Below are positions 12,008-23,152 of a stretch of DNA of 64,000 nucleotides, in pieces. The DNA lies in the NCBI GenBank assembly GCA_965228875.1, contig OZ245843.1, positions 974,616-1,038,615 on the forward strand. Reading direction: 5' to 3'. The position numbers were made by a program, and so were the translations under genes. This stretch comes from Thalassobaculaceae bacterium. Lineage in GTDB: Bacteria > Pseudomonadota > Alphaproteobacteria > Thalassobaculales > Thalassobaculaceae. The notes below the pieces were generated by a model that had not been told where the DNA came from, searched no databases, and saw nothing but the letters and a program-made list of their open reading frames with translations. The number at the start of each line of letters is the position of its first letter. Positions within the stretch are counted from its first letter, which is position 1.

Positions 12008-14323
12008 ATGGTGACCCGTCCGGCGATGTCCGCCGGGACCCAGGATCCGCGGGCGGTGTCTAGCACAGGCGCGCCGACGGTGCGACCGCCCGGCCCGGCG
12101 CCAAGTTCGGGGCCAAAGTCGGGACCGATGTCGGGGCCGGGGCTCGGCTGGCATACGGAGCCGAAGCGTTCTCCCGCCGCGGATCGGCGTCGCCAGCCGG
12201 GCCTGCCCGACCGGATCCGCGATGCCGTGCTGGAGGATCGCGCCCGTTGGCCGCTTTGGTTTCCGGTGGCATTCGGTGCCGGGATCGCCGGCTATTTCGC
12301 CCTGCCGTGGGAGCCGCCGCTGGGCCTTGCCCTGGCTATGCCGCTGCCCGTGGTGGCGCTGGCGTGGTCGGCACGCGGCCGCCTGGGCCAACTGTGGATG
12401 GCTTTGGGCGTCCTGAGTGCGTTTCTCGGGCTCGCGGCGGCGACCGTGCGCACCGCCGGGCTGGACACGGCCATGCTGGCCCGCCCGCTGTGGGCCCATG
12501 TCACCGGGACCGTCGTGCGGATCGAGCATCGCCCGGATGACGTCCGCCTGACCCTGGCAGATGCGTCGGTCGTGGCCGACCGGACGCCGGACATCCTGCC
12601 GGAGCGTGTTCGCCTGGTGGTCCGCACGTCCGTCGGAGCCCTGAGGCTCGGCGATCGCATCCGACTGCGGGCACGGCTTACGCCGCCGCCCCCGCCGTCG
12701 GTGCCGGGCGGCTTCGACTTTCAGCGCCACGCCTACTTCGACGGGCTCGGTGCCGTCGGCTTCGCCATCGGGGCGCCGGAGGTGCTGTCGGGCCCCCGAT
12801 CGACGGGTCCCGTCCTTGCGGTCGACGGGGTCAGGGCCGCCGTCGCGGCACGGTTGACCGAAGGCCTGCCGGGCCCGGCCGGATCGGTGGCGGCGGCGCT
12901 GCTCGTCGGCGACCGCTCGGGCCTGGACGAGGACACCGTCTCCACGTTCCGGGACTCGGGCCTGGCACACCTGCTGGCGATATCGGGCCTGCATATGGGA
13001 TTGGTCGCGGGGACCGTCTTCGCCGTTCTGCGCTTTGCCCTGTGCCTGATCCCGCGAGTGGCGCTGCGCTGGCCGGTCAAGCAGATCGCCGCCGCCGCGG
13101 CGCTTGTCGTCAGTGCCGGATACCTGGTGCTGGCGGGGGCGCCGGTGCCGACCCAGAGGGCATTCGTGATGACGGGGATCGTGCTGACGGCGATCCTGGC
13201 GGGGCGGGAGGCGGTGACCATGCGCCTGGTCGCGTTGGCCGCCGTCGCCGTCCTCGCCCTGCGACCGGAGGCCCTGGTGGGAGCCAGCTTCCAGCTCTCG
13301 TTCGCTGCAGTCATCGCGTTGGTGGTCGGCCACGAGGCATGGCGGCGACGGCGTCCGAGGGAGAACGGAAGCCTCCCGGGTTGGCTGACCGGACCCGCGC
13401 GCTACACCGCCGGGGTCGCGCTGACGTCGGTGATCGCGACGGTGGCCACGGCCCCGTTCGTGACGTTCCATTTCCAGGCGGTCGCCCTCGGCGGGCTTGC
13501 CGCCAACCTCGCGGCGGTCCCGTTGACCGGATTCCTGACGATGCCGGCGGGGATCGTCGCCCTGCTGCTCATGCCTTTCGGGGGCGAGGCGCCGGCTCTG
13601 GCGGCGATGGGACATGCGATCGAGGCGACGCTGTGGGTGGCGACGCGGGTCGTGGATGTCACCGGACCGGCCGCCGGCCTGCAACCGCTGCCCGTTGCCG
13701 GGCTGTCGGCCGTGGCGATCGGCGGTTGCTGGATCGCCATCTGGCGCGGGCGGCTGCGCTGGCTGGGTGGATTCCCGATCCTTGCCGGCCTCGTGTCCTG
13801 GCTGGCCGTGTCGCCGCCGGATGTCCTGATCTCCGCCGACGGCCGTCTCGGCGCGATCGCCGCCGATGACGTTGGCGGCTGGGCCGTGACCACCCGACGG
13901 GGCAACGGATTCTCCCGGTCGGTCTGGGCCCGGCGCTGGGGCGTGACGGACGCCGTTACGCTGACGGCGCTCGATCTGCGGCGAGGCGGAGAGGAGGGGA
14001 GGCTGACCTGCGACGATCTCGGCTGCGTGCTGCGGCGCGATGGACGAATGCTCTCGCTGGTCACCTCCCACGAGGCGGCTCTTGAGGACTGCCTGACGGC
14101 CGACGTGGTGATCGCGCTGGTGAAGGTTCGAACCCCGTGCGGAACTCCGAGTGTCGTTATCCACCGTCCCGATCTGATGACCGCGGGGGCTCACGCGGTC
14201 TGGCTCGGGCCGGGCGAGGTGCGGGTCGAGTCGGTCGGCCGTCTCCGGGGCGACCGTCCCTGGATCCCCGGCCGACGGTCCCTGGCGAACGCCGACATAG
14301 CCGGCTTCAAGCAGACAAAATGA
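12008..14323 (+). CDS. comEC: ComEC/Rec2 family competence protein
   Basis: [31 protein letters not shown] and terminal RGDRPW; divergent from gltX; start codon uncertain (12008-12130). Confidence 0.9.
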   Translation: MVTRPAMSAGTQDPRAVSSTGAPTVRPPGPAPSSGPKSGPMSGPGLGWHTEPKRSPAADRRRQPGLPDRIRDAVLEDRARWPLWFPVAFGAGIAGYFALPWEPPLGLALAMPLPVVALAWSARGRLGQLWMALGVLSAFLGLAAATVRTAGLDTAMLARPLWAHVTGTVVRIEHRPDDVRLTLADASVVADRTPDILPERVRLVVRTSVGALRLGDRIRLRARLTPPPPPSVPGGFDFQRHAYFDGLGAVGFAIGAPEVLSGPRSTGPVLAVDGVRAAVAARLTEGLPGPAGSVAAALLVGDRSGLDEDTVSTFRDSGLAHLLAISGLHMGLVAGTVFAVLRFALCLIPRVALRWPVKQIAAAAALVVSAGYLVLAGAPVPTQRAFVMTGIVLTAILAGREAVTMRLVALAAVAVLALRPEALVGASFQLSFAAVIALVVGHEAWRRRRPRENGSLPGWLTGPARYTAGVALTSVIATVATAPFVTFHFQAVALGGLAANLAAVPLTGFLTMPAGIVALLLMPFGGEAPALAAMGHAIEATLWVATRVVDVTGPAAGLQPLPVAGLSAVAIGGCWIAIWRGRLRWLGGFPILAGLVSWLAVSPPDVLISADGRLGAIAADDVGGWAVTTRRGNGFSRSVWARRWGVTDAVTLTALDLRRGGEEGRLTCDDLGCVLRRDGRMLSLVTSHEAALEDCLTADVVIALVKVRTPCGTPSVVIHRPDLMTAGAHAVWLGPGEVRVESVGRLRGDRPWIPGRRSLANADIAGFKQTK

Positions 14324-14453
14324 CCAGGAATGGCGGAATCATAGTCACGTTAAAAATTTGATGACCATTCGATAAAACTTTTCACTGTCTTAAGCATACC
14401 TATATCGTTTAGATCCCTTATCTTGTGGTGCGCAGGGAGGCTGAGGAGTTCAG

Positions 14454-14750
14454 ATGCGGATGCCGGTCCGAGACTGCTCGTTTGCGATCCTTGCCGACTC
14501 CGTCGCGGAGGTGGTCGGGAAGAAGAATCTCGCCTACGTCGCGATCAAGCAGGCGGCCGCAAGCGACAATCCGGCCCGCGAACGGTGGGCATCCAACCTG
14601 TTCGGTCAGATTTCGGTCACCAACCGCAAGCAGATCCGCTCCAACGCCATTGAGAAGTCCTATGTGGAACGCGACAAGCGCCGCGCCGAGGACAAGCGCC
14701 TGAAGGAGCCGCAGGGCGTCGACTGGGGCAACCTGTTCGCCCGCGTCTGA
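14454..14750 (+). CDS. Hypothetical protein (98 aa), shares a domain with 46229-46900
   Basis: GAGGAG RBS before ATG, GC3-rich codons, AT-rich upstream region, fills the comEC-lexA gap. Confidence 0.8.
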   Translation: MRMPVRDCSFAILADSVAEVVGKKNLAYVAIKQAAASDNPARERWASNLFGQISVTNRKQIRSNAIEKSYVERDKRRAEDKRLKEPQGVDWGNLFARV

Positions 14751-14774
14751 CGCCCCGCCGTCGGGGCTGCCTGA

Positions 14775-15509
14775 TCAATACGTTCGAATAAGACCGACCA
14801 GCCGACCCTGGATACGGACCCGGTCCGGGCCGAAGATCTGCGTCTTGTAGGCGGAATTGGCCGGTTCCAGCGCGACGGACTGACCCTTGCGGCGCAGACG
14901 CTTGAGGGTCGCCTCCTTCTCATCGACGAGAGCGACGACAATGGAGCCGTTCTCGGCCGTGTCGCAGCGACGGATGATGACCGTGTCACCGTCGAAGATC
15001 CCGTCCTCGATCATCGAATCGCCGGCGATCTCCAACGCGTAATGCTCGCCGCCGGCGACCATGGACGGGGGAACCGAGACCGTGGTGGTCGGGTCGCTGA
15101 TCGCCTCGATGGCCGTACCGGCGGCGATCCGTCCGTAAAGCGGCAGGTCGACACCGCCCTCGCTTTCCGCCGGTTGGCTGCGGCCGGCGCTGCGCATCGG
15201 GAAGTTTCCGGGAATCACGTTCGGGGCAAAGCCCCGCATCCGCGCCGCGCCGTCGACCGGTTCCTCGCCCTGGCCGGCGATCGTGGTGGCGGTCCCGTCG
15301 GGCAGCTTCAGCACTTCCAGCGCACGGGCCCGATGCGGCAGGCGCCGGATGAAGCCGCGCTCCTCGAGCGCGGTGATGAGCCGATGGATACCGGATTTGG
15401 ACTTGAGGCTGAGCGCCTCCTTCATCTCGTCGAAGGATGGGGATACTCCGCCTTCCTCCAGCCGCCTGTGGATGAACGTCAGCAGTTCATGCTGCTTGCG
15501 GGTAAGCAT
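14775..15509 (-). CDS. lexA: SOS repressor LexA
   Basis: [32 protein letters not shown] cleavage site, GDSM serine, ATLK lysine. Confidence 0.98.
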   Translation of the reverse strand: MLTRKQHELLTFIHRRLEEGGVSPSFDEMKEALSLKSKSGIHRLITALEERGFIRRLPHRARALEVLKLPDGTATTIAGQGEEPVDGAARMRGFAPNVIPGNFPMRSAGRSQPAESEGGVDLPLYGRIAAGTAIEAISDPTTTVSVPPSMVAGGEHYALEIAGDSMIEDGIFDGDTVIIRRCDTAENGSIVVALVDEKEATLKRLRRKGQSVALEPANSAYKTQIFGPDRVRIQGRLVGLIRTY

Positions 15510-15565
15510 CGGTCCCTCGACTTTCCGTCGCGGCCGGCGGGCGACGGGGCGCACGGCGGCGGGGC

Positions 15566-15619
15566 GAACAAACACGGTACAAACACCGATGTTCTACTTT
15601 TGATCCGCCGTCGGGTCAA
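15566..15619 (-). promoter_or_regulatory. lexA promoter with two alphaproteobacterial SOS boxes
   Basis: GAAC-N7-GTAC at 15566-15580 and GTTC-N7-GATC at 15591-15605; minus-strand TTGACC-N17-TAGAAC. Confidence 0.8.
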
Positions 15620-15661
15620 GGGCTGTGGAAAAGTCGGTGGACAGTATTCGGCGCGACTCGG

Positions 15662-16912
15662 TCAAATGGACAGGAAGTCGCCGTCGAGACAGAGAATGCG
15701 AACCCTGTCGCCGGCCTTGCGACTCGGATCGTGTGCGGGACGGACGATCAGACAATCGGCCGCCGCCAGTCTCGACATCATGGAACTGTCCTGGCGTGGG
15801 AACGGCCGCACGGCGCGCGAACCGGATTCGGTCCGTTCCCAGCTCGCACGCACATAGTCCTGGCGCCTGTCGTTCTCCTTGAGGTCGACCGCCAGGACCG
15901 CGTCCTCTTCCCGGGCGCCGATCTCGGTCATGCCCAGCATCGTCTCCAGCGCCGGGCGCAGGAACACGGTGGCGCAGACCACCGTGGACACCGGATTGCC
16001 TGGCAGTCCCAGCATCGGAACGCCGGCGAAGCGGCCGAAGATCAGCGGTTTTCCGGGGCGCATGGCGATCTTCCAGAAGCCGACCTCCAGCGCGTCGGCA
16101 CCGAACGCGCCATCGCCGAGCGCCTTCTGGACCAGATCATGGCGACCGACCGAGGCGCCGCCGGTGGTGACCAGCATGTCGGCGCCCCGGGCTCCGGCGG
16201 CAATCCGCCTCAGCGCGCCCTCGTCGTCGGGCGCGATCCCGAGATCCACCGGTTCGCCGCCGATCGCGCGGACGACGGCGGCCAGCGCATAGGCGTTCGA
16301 CGAGACGATGCGCGTCGGGTCGGTGAGTTCGCCGGGTCGCACGATCTCGTCGCCGGTGGACAGGATCGCCACCCTCGGTTTCCGCCGCACCTGGATCCAG
16401 GGCACGTTCATGGTCGCGGCGAGGCCGATGTCTCGGGCCGAGAGGCGCCGGCCGGCGGCGATGCCGAGATCGCCGTCGCGGAAATCGAGGCCGGCGGGAC
16501 GGACGTAGGTCCCCGCCGCCGCCCCCTCGCGCACGGTGACGGTGGCGCCGTCCTCCTCGCTCTCGGCGTCGACATCTTCCTGGATGACGACGGTGTCGGC
16601 GCCGGCGGGGAGGGGCCCGCCGGTGAAGATGCGCACGCATTCGCCCGGGCCGACTTCGCCGTCGTAAGCGCGCCCCGCCGGGGCGGCGCCAATACGCCGC
16701 AGTGTGACCGGCACGTCGGCGACGTCGGCGGCGCGGACCGCGTAGCCGTCCATGGCCGATACGTCCAACGGCGGCTGGGTCCGCCGGGCCAGGATCGGTT
16801 CGGCGGTGACCCGGCCGAGCGCCTCTGTCAGGGAGACCGTCTCTGCGGGCATCGTCGGCATCGCCGCCAGGATGCGCGCCAGCGCGTCGGCGACCGGCAG
16901 CAGATCACTCAC
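15662..16912 (-). CDS. moeA: Molybdopterin molybdotransferase MoeA
   Basis: SAMDGYA, RIFTGG, STGDE, TGGASVG, MRPGKP, LPGNPVS. Confidence 0.96.
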   Translation of the reverse strand: MSDLLPVADALARILAAMPTMPAETVSLTEALGRVTAEPILARRTQPPLDVSAMDGYAVRAADVADVPVTLRRIGAAPAGRAYDGEVGPGECVRIFTGGPLPAGADTVVIQEDVDAESEEDGATVTVREGAAAGTYVRPAGLDFRDGDLGIAAGRRLSARDIGLAATMNVPWIQVRRKPRVAILSTGDEIVRPGELTDPTRIVSSNAYALAAVVRAIGGEPVDLGIAPDDEGALRRIAAGARGADMLVTTGGASVGRHDLVQKALGDGAFGADALEVGFWKIAMRPGKPLIFGRFAGVPMLGLPGNPVSTVVCATVFLRPALETMLGMTEIGAREEDAVLAVDLKENDRRQDYVRASWERTESGSRAVRPFPRQDSSMMSRLAAADCLIVRPAHDPSRKAGDRVRILCLDGDFLSI

Positions 16913-17381
16913 CGCGATAGTCTCCCGACTTGCCGCCGGACTTGGCGACGAGGCGGACGTCGCCGATGCGCATCGCCTTGTCTACCGCCTTGGCCATGTC
17001 GTAGACGGTGAGTGCCGCGACCGACACCGCTGTCAGCGCCTCCATCTCCACGCCGGTGCGCCCCTTCAGCTTGCAGGTCGCCTCGATGTCGACCGCGTTG
17101 CGTGCCTCGTCGATCGACAGGGCGACCTTCACCGAGGTGAGGGCGAGCGGGTGGCACAGCGGAATCAGCTCGGGCGTCTTCTTCGCCCCCATGATGCCGG
17201 CGAGACGGGCAACGGACAGCACGTCGCCCTTCTTCACCCCGCCGTCGCGAATCAGCCGGATAGTCTCGGGCGCCGCATAGACCGAGCCGCGGGCGGTCGC
17301 TTCGCGTTCGGTCACGTCCTTGGCGCCGACATCGACCATGTGCGCCTTGCCGGCCGCGTCGAAATGCGTGAAGTCGGTCAT
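16905..17381 (-). CDS. moaC: Cyclic pyranopterin monophosphate synthase MoaC
   Basis: [39 protein letters not shown]. Confidence 0.97.
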   Translation of the reverse strand: MTDFTHFDAAGKAHMVDVGAKDVTEREATARGSVYAAPETIRLIRDGGVKKGDVLSVARLAGIMGAKKTPELIPLCHPLALTSVKVALSIDEARNAVDIEATCKLKGRTGVEMEALTAVSVAALTVYDMAKAVDKAMRIGDVRLVAKSGGKSGDYRGE

Positions 17382-17397
17382 GTGCGAGTGTCCGGTT

Positions 17398-18207
17398 TCA
17401 GGCGACGGCCGGCAGAGGGTCCGCCAGGAGCGTGCGGGTGGCCGCGGCCACGTCTTCCTGGCGCATCAGCGACTCGCCGATCAGGAAACAGCGCGCGCCG
17501 ATCCGGGCCATGCGGGCGAGATCGGCGGCGGTGAACAGGCCGCTCTCGGCGATCAGGACCCGGTCCTCCGGCACCCTGGGCGCCAGGGCTTCGGTGGTCG
17601 CCAGGTCGGTGGTCATGGTCTTCAGGTTGCGGTTGTTCACCCCGATCAGCGGCGAGGCGAGGGCCAGCGCCCGGTCGAGCTCCGCGCCGTCGTGGACCTC
17701 GACGAGCACGTCCATGCCCAGATCCACCGCGGCCGCCTCCAGCTCCGCGGCCTCGGAATCCTCGAGCGCCGCCATGATCAGCAGGATGCAGTCGGCGCCG
17801 AGCGCCCGGGCCTCGACGACCTGATACGGGTCGAGCATGAAGTCCTTGCGCAGGGCCGGCAGGTCGACCGCCGCCCTGGCCGCCTGCAGATAGGCGTCGC
17901 TGCCCTGGAAGTATCTCTCGTCGGTCAGCACCGACAGGCAGGCGGCGCCGCCCTCGGCATAGGAGCGGGCCAGCGACGGCGGATCGAAGTCGGCGCGGAT
18001 CAGGCCCTTCGACGGTGAGGCCTTCTTGATTTCGGCGATCAGACCATACCCGGACCGCCCGGCCGCCCGCAGGGCTTTGGCGAAGCCTCGGGGAGCCGAA
18101 GCCTCCCGTGCCGCCGCCTCGACCTCGGTCAGCGGGCGAGCCGCCTTGCGGGCGGCTATCTCGTCGCGCTTGTGGGCGCAGATCTCGGCGAGGACATCGC
18201 GCATCAC
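17398..18207 (-). CDS. trpC: Indole-3-glycerol phosphate synthase
   Basis: [33 protein letters not shown]. Confidence 0.97.
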   Translation of the reverse strand: MMRDVLAEICAHKRDEIAARKAARPLTEVEAAAREASAPRGFAKALRAAGRSGYGLIAEIKKASPSKGLIRADFDPPSLARSYAEGGAACLSVLTDERYFQGSDAYLQAARAAVDLPALRKDFMLDPYQVVEARALGADCILLIMAALEDSEAAELEAAAVDLGMDVLVEVHDGAELDRALALASPLIGVNNRNLKTMTTDLATTEALAPRVPEDRVLIAESGLFTAADLARMARIGARCFLIGESLMRQEDVAAATRTLLADPLPAVA

Positions 18208-19235
18208 GCCTTCTCCCGGTTGGTCATCTCGACCAGGGCGTCGAGCTTCGCCTGGGCCCGGCCGCTGTCGATGCTGTCGGCCGCGAGTGCCGCGCCATCC
18301 TTCAGTGTCTCCGCCTTGCCGGCCACGACCAGGGCGGCACCGGCGTTCAGCAGGACAATGTCGCGATACGGGCCGGGAGCGCCTTCGAGGACCGCGCGCA
18401 GCGCCGCGGCATTGTGCTCGGGATCGCCGCCGCGCACGGTGTCGAGCGGTGCGCGCTCGAGCCCGGCATCCTCCGGCGTCACCTCGAAGCTGGTCACCGT
18501 GCCGTCCTCCAGGCTGGCGACCGTCGTGCTGCCGGCCAGTGTCAGTTCGTCGAGGCCGTCGCCGTGCACCACCCAGGCCCGGGTCGAGCCGAGCTTGCCC
18601 AGGGTTTCGGCCATCGGGACGACCCAGTCCTTGGAGAAGACGCCGACGAGCTGGGTCTTCACCATGCCGGGATTGGACAGCGGCCCCAGGATGTTGAACA
18701 GCGTCCGGGTGCCCAGCTCGACCCGCGGGCCGGCGACGTGGCGCATGGCGCTGTGATGGCGCGGCGCCATGAAGAAGCAGATGCCGACCTCATGGATCGC
18801 CTTCTTCACCAGCGCCATGTCGCAGTCGGTGTTCACGCCGAGATGGGTCAGCACGTCGGCCGCGCCGGACCGCGACGACAGCGCCCGGTTACCGTGTTTC
18901 GCCACAGGAACGCCGGCGCCGGCGATCACAAAGGAGGCGGCGGTGGAGATGTTATAGGTCTTGGCCCCGTCGCCTCCGGTGCCGACATTGTCCATCGCAT
19001 CTGCCGGGACCTCGATCTTCAGCGCCTTGGCCCGCATGGTCTTGGCCGCACCGGTGATCTCGGCCACGGTCTCGCCGCGCACCCGCAGCGCCATCAGGAA
19101 GCCGCCGACCTGGGCCGGGGTGGCGTTGCCAGACATGATGATGTCGAAAGCCAGTTCCGCCTGCGCCTCCGACAGCGGCGTGCCGTCGGCGACATGGGCG
19201 ATCAGGGCCTTCATGTCCTGGATGTCGCCGCTCAT
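18204..19235 (-). CDS. trpD: Anthranilate phosphoribosyltransferase
   Basis: [36 protein letters not shown]. Confidence 0.97.
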   Translation of the reverse strand: MSGDIQDMKALIAHVADGTPLSEAQAELAFDIIMSGNATPAQVGGFLMALRVRGETVAEITGAAKTMRAKALKIEVPADAMDNVGTGGDGAKTYNISTAASFVIAGAGVPVAKHGNRALSSRSGAADVLTHLGVNTDCDMALVKKAIHEVGICFFMAPRHHSAMRHVAGPRVELGTRTLFNILGPLSNPGMVKTQLVGVFSKDWVVPMAETLGKLGSTRAWVVHGDGLDELTLAGSTTVASLEDGTVTSFEVTPEDAGLERAPLDTVRGGDPEHNAAALRAVLEGAPGPYRDIVLLNAGAALVVAGKAETLKDGAALAADSIDSGRAQAKLDALVEMTNREKA

Positions 19236-19864
19236 GTCCCGGTTCTCTGCAGGCGCGCCTCGATCTCCGCCATCGGCTGGATCGGCTCGCCGTTGAAACC
19301 GGCCAGCCGCAGGAAGTTGGCCAGCATGCGGTGACCGAACTGCGAGGCGATGCTCTCGGGGTGGAACTGCACGCCGTAGCAGGCGTAGTCGCGGTGCTTC
19401 AGCCCCATGATGATGCCGTCATCGGTCCAGGCCGTCTTCTCCAGGATGTCGGGCCAGCCGTCGTCGGTGACCACGAGGGAGTGGTAGCGGGTGACCTCGA
19501 CCGGGCTCTCCAGTCCCTCGAACACGCCGGTCCCGTCGTGATGGACCGCGGAGACCTTGCCGTGCATCGGCGCCGGCGCGCGGGTGACCGTGCCGCCGAA
19601 CACCTGTCCCATTGTCTGGTGGCCGAGGCATACGCCGAGCATCGGAATGCTCGGGGCGCAGCGCTCCACCAGTTCCAGGCAGATCCCCGCCCGATCCGGA
19701 TCGCACGGGCCGGGGGAGATCACGATCCCCTCCGGATTCAGGTCGATGATCTCGTCGACGGTGATCTTGTCGTTCCGCCGCACCTCGAACCGCGCCCCCA
19801 ATTCCCCGAGGAAGTGGTAGAGGTTGTAGGTGAAGCTGTCGTAGTTATCGATCAGCAGAAACAT
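19232..19864 (-). CDS. trpG: Anthranilate synthase component II (glutamine amidotransferase)
   Basis: [33 protein letters not shown]. Confidence 0.94.
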   Translation of the reverse strand: MFLLIDNYDSFTYNLYHFLGELGARFEVRRNDKITVDEIIDLNPEGIVISPGPCDPDRAGICLELVERCAPSIPMLGVCLGHQTMGQVFGGTVTRAPAPMHGKVSAVHHDGTGVFEGLESPVEVTRYHSLVVTDDGWPDILEKTAWTDDGIIMGLKHRDYACYGVQFHPESIASQFGHRMLANFLRLAGFNGEPIQPMAEIEARLQRTGT

Positions 19865-19953
19865 TTCAATCGCTTGGAGACGGTTGTTTATGTGGCGCGA
19901 GAGCCGTTGCATGCTACCTTAACAACCCCGGCTCCGGCAGAGAAGCGGCTAGC

Positions 19954-21087
19954 ATGACGGCACGGCGCAAGACGGCGACAGGCGGCAGGACGAAGGGCGC
20001 GGCCCGGGCGTCCTCGACGCGGCGCGGCGTGGTGCGGCAGACGGCGCTGGGCGTGCTCGTGGCAGGCGTGCTGTTCGGCGGCGGGGTCGGCCTCGGGGCC
20101 TGGCTCGCCGGCGGGGCGCCGTTCGGGGAGGGCGTGCACGAGGCGCCGCCCAGCCGGGTCTCCGACAGTGGACCGGCGACATCCGCCGCGAAGCCGCGGC
20201 CGGAACCGGCGGACATTCCCCTGCCCAAGTTGAAGGCGACACCGTCCGCTCCGCCTCCCGTGACCGCCGCCGACCAGCCGTCGCCGGAGCCGACGACGTC
20301 GAGCGTGGCCGCCCCGCCGCCGCCGCCGCCGCCGCGCGACCAGCCGGCCTGGCGTCGCTTCGCCGTCGCCGCCCGGGTTCCCGCGGGCGCGCCGATGATC
20401 GCCATCGTGCTCGACGATCTCGGTATTGACCGGCGACGCTCGTCCCGGGCCGTGGCGCTGCCGGCGCCGCTCACGCTCGCCTATCTGCCCTACGCCGACG
20501 ACCTGGAGACCCAGACCCGACGGGCGCGGGGCCAGGGGCACGAATTGCTGGTTCACATCCCGATGCAGCCGCACGGACTGAACTCGGACCCGGGGCCGAA
20601 CGTGCTCGACATGCGGCTCGGCGCGATCGAGGTGCTGAGCCGGATCGCCTGGAACCTCGGGCGGTTCTCCGGCTATGTCGGGGTCAACAACCATATGGGC
20701 AGCCTGTTCACGGAAAGCGACGAGGGCATGCGGCTCGTCGCCGAGAGCTTGCGGGACCGCGGCCTGCTGTTTCTGGACAGCCTGACCTCGCCGAAGAGCG
20801 TGGCGGCGGCGACGGCGCGGGCGCTGGGCGTGCCGGTGACCACCCGCGACGTGTTTCTCGACAACACGGACACAACGGCCGAGGTGCGGATGAGACTGGA
20901 ACAGACGGAACGCATCGCCCGCAAGACCGGAACGGCGATCGCCATCGGCCACCCGCGCGATGCGACGCTGGAGGTGCTGGCGGACTGGATCCCGAGGGCG
21001 CGGGCGGCGGGGATCGCCCTGGTTCCGCTGACCGCGGTTCTGGACGTCCGGCGCGGCGACGCCCAGCAGCAGGCGAGCCGGCCGTGA
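19954..21087 (+). CDS. Divergent polysaccharide deacetylase family protein, membrane-anchored with a Pro-rich linker
   Basis: IVLDDLG, HIPMQP, NNHMGS, FLDS, DVFLDN, AIGHP; N-terminal TM segment. Confidence 0.9.
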   Translation: MTARRKTATGGRTKGAARASSTRRGVVRQTALGVLVAGVLFGGGVGLGAWLAGGAPFGEGVHEAPPSRVSDSGPATSAAKPRPEPADIPLPKLKATPSAPPPVTAADQPSPEPTTSSVAAPPPPPPPRDQPAWRRFAVAARVPAGAPMIAIVLDDLGIDRRRSSRAVALPAPLTLAYLPYADDLETQTRRARGQGHELLVHIPMQPHGLNSDPGPNVLDMRLGAIEVLSRIAWNLGRFSGYVGVNNHMGSLFTESDEGMRLVAESLRDRGLLFLDSLTSPKSVAAATARALGVPVTTRDVFLDNTDTTAEVRMRLEQTERIARKTGTAIAIGHPRDATLEVLADWIPRARAAGIALVPLTAVLDVRRGDAQQQASRP

Positions 21088-21563
21088 GCGGCGCGTCGCT
21101 GCCGCCGGTGGTCTGGCGCTGGCACCGCTGGGACCAGCTCGACCGGGATCAGGTCTATGCGGTGATGAAGGCGCGGGTGGACATCTTCGTGGTCGAGCAG
21201 ACCTGTCCCTATCCGGAGATCGACGGCAAGGATCCGCAGGCCCTGCATCTGCTGGGCTACGACGGCCATCCGGGAGACGGCGTGCTGCTGGCCTATGCCC
21301 GCCTGTTCGCGCCGGGCGACTACTATCCGGAGCCGGCGGTCGGCCGCATCCTGACGACCGCCGCCGCCCGCGGACGCGGTCTCGGACGCGAGCTGATGGC
21401 GGAATGCCACCGGTTCGCCGAGGCCCGCTTCGCGACGCGGGCCATCCGTCTCAACGGCCAGGCCTATCTCAAGGAATTCTACGAGAGCCTTGGCTACGAC
21501 GCGGTGAAAGGCCCCTACGACGAGGACGGAATTCCGCATTACGAGATGCTGCGGTCCGGTTAG
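21084..21563 (+). CDS. ElaA-like GNAT N-acetyltransferase
   Basis: RVDIFVVEQTCPYPEIDG, RGRGLG, QAYL..FY, EDGIPH. Confidence 0.88.
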   Translation: MSGASLPPVVWRWHRWDQLDRDQVYAVMKARVDIFVVEQTCPYPEIDGKDPQALHLLGYDGHPGDGVLLAYARLFAPGDYYPEPAVGRILTTAAARGRGLGRELMAECHRFAEARFATRAIRLNGQAYLKEFYESLGYDAVKGPYDEDGIPHYEMLRSG

Positions 21564-21572
21564 CGTGTCGCC

Positions 21573-22328
21573 ATGGGAGAGACCGCCGATCTTGTGGTGA
21601 TCGTGGGCGTGCTGCTGCTGGCGGGTACCGTGAAGGGGGTTGTCGGTTTGGGCCTGCCGACTGTCAGTCTGGCGTTGCTCACGCCGATCGTCGGTCTGGC
21701 GGACGCCATGGCGGCGATGCTGCTGCCGTCGTTCCTGACCAACCTGCAGCAGGCGCTGGCCGGTGGCGGAACCGTCGCGCTTGTGCGCCGGTTCTGGCCG
21801 TTCCTGGCGGCGGTCGCTCTCGGTACGTTGGCGACCTCGGGCGCGGTGGCGCTGCTCGACGCCGCCGTTCTGGTGACGCTTCTGGGCGGCTCCATCGCGA
21901 TGTATGCCGCCCTCGGCCTGCTCACGCCGCCCTGGCCCCGGCCGGGCCGTCACGAGGCCTGGCTCGGACCGGTGGCCGGCGGGGTCACAGGGATGCTGAC
22001 CGGGATGACCGGCTCCTTTGTCATTCCCTCGGTGCCCTATCTCCAGTCGCTGGCGCTCGGCCGCGACCGGCTGGTCCAGGCGATGGGGGCGACATTCACG
22101 GTCGCCACCCTGGCCCTGGCGCTCGGCCTCGGCGGGCGAGGTCTGATCGCCGGCGACATGGCGTTGGGGACGCTGGCCGGCGTGGTTCCCGCCTTCGTCG
22201 GCATGGAGATCGGTCGCCGCCTCCGGGGCCGGCTCTCGGAGACGGCATTCCGTCGCGCGCTGTTCACGGCACTGTTGCTGCTGGGGCTCTGGATGATCGG
22301 ACGCGAACTCGCTAGCGTCGCCGCATGA
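21573..22328 (+). CDS. TauE/SafE (TSUP) family membrane protein
   Basis: About 8 TM helices, AGTVKGVVGLG, GGVTGMLTGMTG. Confidence 0.8.
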   Translation: MGETADLVVIVGVLLLAGTVKGVVGLGLPTVSLALLTPIVGLADAMAAMLLPSFLTNLQQALAGGGTVALVRRFWPFLAAVALGTLATSGAVALLDAAVLVTLLGGSIAMYAALGLLTPPWPRPGRHEAWLGPVAGGVTGMLTGMTGSFVIPSVPYLQSLALGRDRLVQAMGATFTVATLALALGLGGRGLIAGDMALGTLAGVVPAFVGMEIGRRLRGRLSETAFRRALFTALLLLGLWMIGRELASVAA

Positions 22329-23035
22329 CAGATCATGCGCCCCGTATTCCGCTCCCCGTTTCCGACCTGAACCCTGTGGAGGAGGCCGTCGGCCAGCGCC
22401 GCTCCGTGCGCGGCTACAAGCCCGATCCGGTCCCGCGGGAGACCGTGGAGCGCATCCTGCAGCTCGCCGCCCGGGCGCCGTCCGGCACCAACATGCAGCC
22501 CTGGAAGGTGCATGTGCTGACCGGATCCGCGAAGGAGCGGCTCTCGGCGGCGATCCTGGAGGCGTTCGACGGCGAGACCGAGCACAGCTCGGAGTGGGCC
22601 TACTACCCCAAGAGATTCCGTGACCCGTATCTCGCGCGCCGCCGCAAGGTGGGGTGGGACCTGTACGGCCTGCTCGGCATCGAGAAGGGCGACCACGCGA
22701 GAATGCATACGCAGCACGGCCGCAACTACACGTTCTTCGACGCGCCGGTGGGGATGATCTTCACGGTCGACCGCGACCTGGAGATCGGCTCCTGGCTCGA
22801 CTACGGCATGTTCCTGCAGAACGTCATGGTCATCGCCCGCTCCCACGGTCTGGAGACCTGCCCGCAGGCGGCGTTCGCGCCGTATCACGCGGTGATCCGT
22901 TCTGAACTCGGCCTCGACGACATGGAGGCGGTGGTCTGCGGCCTGTCGCTCGGCTACGCCGACTGGGACAGGGTGGAGAACACTCTGATCACCGAGCGGG
23001 CGCCGTTGGAGGACTTCGTGACGTTCCGGGAGTAG
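22325..23035 (+). CDS. Nitroreductase family protein
   Basis: RRSVRGY, APSGTNMQPW, FFDAPV, GLETCPQ. Confidence 0.9.
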   Translation: MTDHAPRIPLPVSDLNPVEEAVGQRRSVRGYKPDPVPRETVERILQLAARAPSGTNMQPWKVHVLTGSAKERLSAAILEAFDGETEHSSEWAYYPKRFRDPYLARRRKVGWDLYGLLGIEKGDHARMHTQHGRNYTFFDAPVGMIFTVDRDLEIGSWLDYGMFLQNVMVIARSHGLETCPQAAFAPYHAVIRSELGLDDMEAVVCGLSLGYADWDRVENTLITERAPLEDFVTFRE

Positions 23036-23152
23036 GGGCGTCTCGCCGGTAGGGGCGACGGGCGACGTTCCCCCATTGCCGCCTGGCCCGGCCCCTTGCC
23101 ATGATCGCGGCCAATCGGAAAACCAGTGGGCGCAGACCCGGGGGAGGAAGAC

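Noticed and set aside
10559..14194. 1211-aa minus-strand ORF suggesting a giant GltX fusion
   Set aside because: The N-terminal ~740 aa are the stop-free antisense of comEC (Arg/Gly/Pro-rich nonsense); the real start is 11971
20280..20340. (CCG)n microsatellite
   Set aside because: Encodes the poly-Pro linker of the deacetylase
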